A stretch of 39,902 nt of DNA from Octopus bimaculoides (Eukaryota). The position numbers were made by a program, and so were the translations under genes. Location of the stretch: contig NC_068981.1 in NCBI RefSeq assembly GCF_001194135.2, positions 63,680,443-63,720,344 of the forward strand, in the 5' to 3' direction. Below are positions 34,277-39,902 of the stretch, piece after piece (positions within the stretch are counted from its first letter, which is position 1; the number at the start of each line of letters is the position of its first letter). Under the pieces are notes generated by a model. The model had not been told where the DNA came from. It did no database searches and saw only the letters and a program-made list of their open reading frames with translations.

Positions 34277-34920
34277 GCGAAATATTTTTTCCCACGATAG
34301 TTCCGGACGCTAGTAATGAACTCATTTGCATACAGCCAATCAGAGCTCGCCTTGAAAATCCACATACTGTGTACTACTACAGTACAGCCAGTCAGTCATA
34401 GAATTGTGTATGCCACTCTGTGAGTACAGCATAGCAGATCTCACTTAAGCACTACATTCCCCCCTCCACCACACTCATATAGAGCTAACATTAGATACCT
34501 ATGCTCAGACTGAGATTAGTGATACTGCATGTATCCATTGATATATGCAAGGAAGGGCGCCATATTGATTACGATGTTTCCAGATCAACACCAACATTTT
34601 AAATTATGAATGTACAAAATCAGTCAAAAACTTAGGAAACAACGCTCATTTACATTTTCTAGTAAATTACACAAATTGGCAACACTTATGGCATTACCGG
34701 TGAGCGGATCACCATTCACTTTATACACAAAATTTCACATTTGTCACCCCTATTAACCCGTTTAGAACAGTTAGATTTTGCTATAACACATTTTCCACTA
34801 AACTCAACCAGAGTATTTTCGTGACAAGCTGGACACAAGTTTGATAGTTGAGCTCTGATTGGCTGTATGAAAATGAGTACATAACTGGGGTCCGGAACTC
34901 TCGTGGGAAAAAAAACTCGC
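34277..34920. mobile_element. About 640-bp MITE with ~62-72-bp TIRs, superfamily unassigned
   Basis: Left TTTTCCCACGATAGTTCCGGACGCTAGTAATGAACTCATTTGCATACAGCCAATCAGAGCTC; right-end reverse complement TTTTCCCACGAGAGTTCCGGACCCCAGTTATGTACTCATTTTCATACAGCCAATCAGAGCTC. No clear TSD. Confidence 0.88.
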
Positions 34921-34964
34921 TGCCTTGTAATGGCTAACGAATCTGCTAGTCCACCGCTTTATTT

Positions 34965-35160
34965 ATATTGGTTTCAAATTTTGGCACAAGGCCAGTAAGT
35001 TCGAGGGAGAGGGTAAGTCAACTACATCGATCCCAGTGATGAGCTGGTTATTATTTCATTGACTACGAAAATATGGAGTTTGAACTCAGAATGTAAAGGC
35101 GGACGAAACGCCGCTAAACATTTTGTCCGGCGTGCTAACGATTTTTCAAGATTCCCGCCT
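34965..35160 (-). mobile_element. SINE family A, diverged, small internal deletion
   Basis: TTGGTTTCAAATTTTGGCACAAGGCC..TTTGAACTCAGAA..CCGGCGTGCTAACG. Confidence 0.82.
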
Positions 35161-35216
35161 TATTTATATTAAGTAACAAAATAAACCAGGGCAAAGCCGG
35201 GTACGGTTTCTAGCAA

Positions 35217-35710
35217 ATGTATGTATGTATGTATGTATGTATGTATGTGTGTGTGTGTGTGTGTATGTGTGAATGTCTATGTATGTATGTATTTACGTAT
35301 GTATGTATGCATGTATGTATGTGTTATTTCTTTACTACCCACAAGGGGCTACACACAGAGGGGACAAACAAAGACAGACAAACGGATTAAGTCGATTATA
35401 TCGACTCCAGTGCGTAACTGGCACTTATTTAATCGACCCCGAAAGGATGAAAGCAAAGTCGACCTCGGCGGAATTTGAACTCAGAACGTAGACGAAATAC
35501 CGCTAAGCATTTCGCCCGGCGTGCTAACGTTTCTGCCAGCATGTATGTATGTGTGTGTTTATGTATGTATCTGTGCGTGTATGTATGTGTATGTATGTAT
35601 GTGTGCGTGTATTTACGTTTGTATGTGTGCATGCATACATGTATGTATGAATGTGTGTATGTATATATGTATGCATGTATGTATGTATGTGTGCATGTAT
35701 GTATGCATGT
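35217..35710. repeat. (ATGT)n-type tracts flanking the SINE at 35324-35540
   Basis: Direct inspection. Confidence 0.9.
35324..35540 (-). mobile_element. SINE family A head/core with alternative tail type 2
   Basis: Head and core as other A copies, but 3' end reads (sense) TAATCCGTTTGTCTGTCTTTGTTTGTCCCCTCTGTGTGTAGCCCCTTGTGGGTAGTAAAGAAATAA. Confidence 0.9.
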
Positions 35711-36015
35711 ATGGGGAAGATGTGTGCGCGTGTGTTGCAATAACGGTCATGTTGTTGTCCTATAACCCATCGAGTACTGGGGCTGGAAGAGGTGTCAACA
35801 CGTAATTTAATTAAGAACAGGCTATCTTGGTTCCAGGGGAAAAAATACAAAACAAAAAAAAAAGCAAAATAAAAAAAAAAAAATCGAAATTTTATCAGTT
35901 TCACAGTTCTGCCTATGTTAACTGCACCGATTTTTGCTTCTTGCGCAGAAATGCCTTTTTAAAGATATATGGACTAATCACACGCATAACGCATAACTCA
36001 TTAGGCTATAGTAAA

Positions 36016-36027
36016 CGCACACACACA

Positions 36028-36084
<57 letters not shown>

Positions 36085-36170
36085 TACATACATACATACA
36101 TACATACATACATGCATACATGCATACATACATACATACATACATACATACATACGTACGTACGTACGTA
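36016..36170. repeat. (CA)n-(CATA)n-(CGTA)n compound microsatellite
   Basis: Direct inspection. Confidence 0.95.
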
Positions 36171-36364
36171 ATTTAAAATACACAGTATTTAATTTCGAGC
36201 TACTGTTAGTTTTATTCTGTGAAAACACTGTAATAGTAGGTCGACTCAATATTTATCTCTCACCGGATGAAGGAATATTTCTGTTGATCCCACCAATAAC
36301 GTGGTTGTAAATTACCCTATGTCTCTCTCTCACAGACACACACGTCTGTGTGTGTAGGGGAGAG

Positions 36365-36710
36365 GTACCTTGGGCGAGTGTATCCTGCAATAGCCTCGGG
36401 CTTACCAAAGTCTTGTGAGTAGATTTAGTAGAGGGAAACTGAAACAATCCCATCGTATAAGACACACACACAAAGACACACACACCCACATACACGTGTA
36501 TGTGCGTGTCTGTTTTGTCTCCCACCACCGCTTGACAACCGGTGTTGGTGTGTTTATTTCCCCGTAACATAGTAGTTCGACAATAGAGACCGATGGAATA
36601 AATACTAGACTTAATATGAGTATCAGAATGAATTTGATTAAACAAACCTTGCGAAACATCCCAGCACGGCCATAGCAGAATGACCGAAACAAACCAGAGA
36701 ACAAATGAAT
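36365..36710 (+). mobile_element. SINE family B, 5'-truncated, diverged
   Basis: GGTACCTTGGGCGAGTG..TAGCCTCGGGC..CCAAAGTCTTGTGAGT..GGAAACTGAA..CGCTTGACAACCGGTGTTGG..GAGACCGATGGAATAAATACT. Confidence 0.85.
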
Positions 36711-36770
36711 AATACACACGCCTCCGCGTGCGCATACACACACGCACACGCACACACACGCATACGCGCG

Positions 36771-36804
<34 letters not shown>

Positions 36805-37898
36805 TTGGGTCATCCAATAAATAATGCGGTTTTTTAATACTTTCATTTTTCAAAATTAAGATAGATAAAGTTCTTTTTTAATCTAAAATATACTCTCCTT
36901 CATTTCCTACAATGCTCTTCCATCTATCTGGTAGACTTGCAAGGCCCCTCTTCCAACATTCACCTGCCCGTGACGAAAAAGACTCTTACAGTACTGTTCT
37001 CACCTCATCTAAAGAAATTCACACTTTTTCCGTCCAAATGGTTTTGAAAACTGTGGAATAAATGACAATCAGATGGGGCAATGTCCGGCGAATATGGAGG
37101 GTAGGGCATCGATTCCCTTTCAAACTGCTCCAGCCTTTGGAATGTCATCCTCGCTGTATGTGACCAAGCATTTTCCTGATAGAAGAACACCTTTTGCTTT
37201 GAAACCAAAGATGGTCGTTTTTCTTCTAGCACTGACTTAAGCCGCTCGCAGTACGTCTCCTTTGTTTGGTTTGGGTTTAAAAGTTCAAAGTAGACTAAAA
37301 CTTTCATATTCTACCAAACAGATAACAACACCTTACGCGGGGGAAGACCTTCTTTAGTCTGAGGTGCCGGTGTTTCTCCTTTCCCTACTCACTGTCTTCG
37401 GCGACTGACACTTTTATAGAGAACCCATTTCTCATCACCAGTGTCTATTCGGTCAAAAAAAGGTTCATTCGTGAGACGTGACAGCAACGAAAAGCACACA
37501 TTCGCTCTCTGCGCGCGATTTGACTCAGAAAGTTTGTGAGGAACACATTGACCCAACTTACTGACTTTTCCGATGGTACACAGGTGTCGATGTATGGTTC
37601 AATGACCAAATCCAAGCTTCTCGGCTAGTTCCTCAATAGTTACGATGGGATTTTGTTCCACCAGGTTTTGCAGGACGTCCTCGTCGAGCTCTACAAATCT
37701 TTCAAGATGAGGCTCGTCCTTTGACTCTTCCATTATAGTTTTGAAAAAATAACTGTTAAAGTCAAACTGCACTCTTCAAAACTTGCACTAAGAATAAGTA
37801 TAAAGGCAAAATTACTACCTGCTTTTATAGCAAGTTGGTGCAGGTAGTTTATCCCGTCCCCCTCCGACTTGTACTTTATGCAATTGAAAAAAAAAACC
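36805..37898 (-). mobile_element. Defective mariner transposon
   Basis: Left-end TIR-like TTGGGTCATCCAATAAATAATGCGGTTTTT; only the inner AAAAACC survives at the right end; encloses a transposase pseudogene. Confidence 0.85.
36878..37733 (-). pseudogene. Mariner (D,D34D) transposase pseudogene
   Basis: Hand translation across stops and frameshifts: MEESK/DEP..LVEQNP..TIEELAEKLG..CVPHKL (WVPHEL motif)..TGDEKWVLY..QENA (HDNA)..YSPDIAPSDCHLF..LPDRWKSIVGNEGEYILD*. The supplied ORF 37005-37307 is part of it. Confidence 0.93.
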
Positions 37899-38872
37899 AT
37901 ATGTATATATATACATATACAATTTATTTATTCGAAGCTATGACTTCACCAAGTCGCATTGTTTAGTTTCCTTTGTAGAGAATTTATATTCAGAAGACAT
38001 CTTCATATATTTCAATATTCTAGATGAAGGNNNNNNNNNNNNNNNNNNNNNNNNNNNNNNNNNNNNNNNNNNNNNNNNNNNNNNNNNNNNNNNNNNNNNN
38101 NNNNNNNNNNNNNNNNNNNNNNNNNNNNNNNNNNNNNNNNNNNNNNNNNNNNNNNNNNNNNNNNNNNNNNNNNNNNNNNNNNNNNNNNNNNNNNNNNNNN
38201 NNNNNNNNNNNNNNNNNNNNNNNNNNNNNNNNNNNNNNNNNNNNNNNNNNNNNNNNNNNNNNNNNNNNNNNNNNNNNNNNNNNNNNNNNNNNNNNNNNNN
38301 NNNNNNNNNNNNNNNNNNNNNNNNNNNNNNNNNNNNNNNNNNNNNNNNNNNNNNNNNNNNNNNNNNNNNNNNNNNNNNNNNNNNNNNNNNNNNNNNNNNN
38401 NNNNNNNNNNNNNNNNNNNNNNNNNNNNNNNNNNNNNNNNNNNNNNNNNNNNNNNNNNNNNNNNNNNNNNNNNNNNNNNNNNNNNNNNNNNNNNNNNNNN
38501 NNNNNNNNNNNNNNNNNNNNNNNNNNNNNNNNNNNNNNNNNNNNNNNNNNNNNNNNNNNNNNNNNNNNNNNNNNNNNNNNNNNNNNNNNNNNNNNNNNNN
38601 NNNNNNNNNNNNNNNNNNNNNNNNNNNNNNNNNNNNNNNNNNNNNNNNNNNNNNNNNNNNNNNNNNNNNNNNNNNNNNNNNNNNNNNNNNNNNNNNNNNN
38701 NNNNNNNNNNNNNNNNNNNNNNNNNNNNNNNNNNNNNNNNNNNNNNNNNNNNNNNNNNNNNNNNNNNNNNNNNNNNNNNNNNNNNNNNNNNNNNNNNNNN
38801 NNNNNNNNNNNNNNNNNNNNNNNNNNNNNNNNNNNNNNNNNNNNNNNNNNNNNNNNNNNNNNNNNNNNNNNN

Positions 38873-39106
38873 TTTTCAAGAACTCATCGATGAAAATCCA
38901 CTATCACATATAAAAAAATTAATAATTAAAAGCACAATAAATGAGTATAATGTAAAGTAAAGTAAATATCATAAGATAAATATAATTTATTTATTATATT
39001 TATCTTATGATATTTACTTTACTTTACATTATACTCATTTATTGTGCTTTTAATTATTAATTTTTCTATATGTGATAGTGGATTTTCATCGATGAGTTCT
39101 TGAAAA
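38873..39106. repeat. Near-perfect 114-bp-arm palindrome starting at a gap edge
   Basis: Arms 38873-38986 and 38993-39106, one mismatch seen, 6-nt spacer TTATTT. Confidence 0.93.
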
Positions 39107-39579
39107 TTGGTTATTTTCCCTAAAACTATATATATTTTATATATACTTTATCTATAAGGCTCAATTTAATTTTAATTTTTTATAAATTGATTTTAATTGA
39201 GTTTTTTACCTGTAATTTTGGATTTGGCCCTAATAATATTATTATATATATATATATAATTAATCCTTGAGCACATAGAAGAGGACTCGATCAACTAAGA
39301 TATATAGTCAATAGATAGAAGACACTTGGTGATTAAATGATTTGGTCTTAGACTTCAAAATCTCTACTGAGGATCAAGCCTACAGGGTAAAAAATGGCTG
39401 TTAGAAGAATCCAGGTCAGCCGATATGGAGGTAATGGTGCAAATAAAGAAATAAACAAACTTCGGCTACATATATTAAATATACATACTTACATGCATGC
39501 AAATAGAGGTAAACAGATATTCAGACAATGAACATTCATGAATAACTATATAGATATTTATATATTAACAGATCAGATT

Positions 39580-39902
39580 TTGTTGTTGTTGTTGTTGTTG
39601 GCACTCCGTCGCCTACGACGTCGAGGGTTCCAGTTGATCCGATCAACGGAACAGCCTGCTCGTGAAATTAACGTGCAAGTGACTGAGCACTCCACAGATA
39701 CGTGTACCCTTAACGTAGTTCTCGGGGATATTCAGCGTGACACAGTGTGACAAGGCTGGCCCTTTGAAATACAGGTACAACAGAAAGAGGAAGAAAGAGT
39801 GAGAGAAAGTTGTGGTGAAAGAGTACAGCAGGGTTCACCACCATCCCCTGCCGGAGCCTCGTGGAGCTTTAGGTGTTTTCGCTCAATAAATGCTCACAAC
39901 AC
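39580..39902 (-). mobile_element. SINE family C, second young copy (head beyond window end)
   Basis: (GTT)n-GGCACTCCGTC...; colinear with 23724-24040 with only scattered substitutions. Confidence 0.93.

Noticed and set aside
1-39902. CRISPR arrays, operons or prokaryotic defence systems
   Set aside because: No repeat-spacer arrays or gene-dense regions; the sequence is animal-type repetitive DNA.

Overview
Eukaryotic, AT-rich, repeat-saturated genomic DNA with 11 assembly gaps (about 4.6 kb of N). The SINE families and extreme microsatellite density suggest an octopus genome (inference from recall, not a database result). Almost every ORF in the supplied track is an artefact of simple repeats or N runs. 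What the sequence supports: (i) four dispersed SINE-type families, named A-D here; (ii) five DNA-transposon derivatives defined by terminal inverted repeats (TIRs) and target-site duplications (TSDs), several nested; (iii) a decayed mariner D,D34D transposase with an internal deletion; (iv) a decayed RTE-clade LINE reverse transcriptase fragment; (v) one candidate first coding exon (27299-27428, MDLRIYGQDPADRI...) with a same-frame uORF and a CRE-half-site/CCAAT cluster about 650 bp upstream; (vi) very long compound microsatellites. I found no intact gene, CRISPR array, structural RNA gene or clearly novel protein system. The best leads are SINE architecture (tail swapping, tail-head junction, serial same-site cluster, built-in microsatellite), nested MITEs and the candidate exon/promoter.
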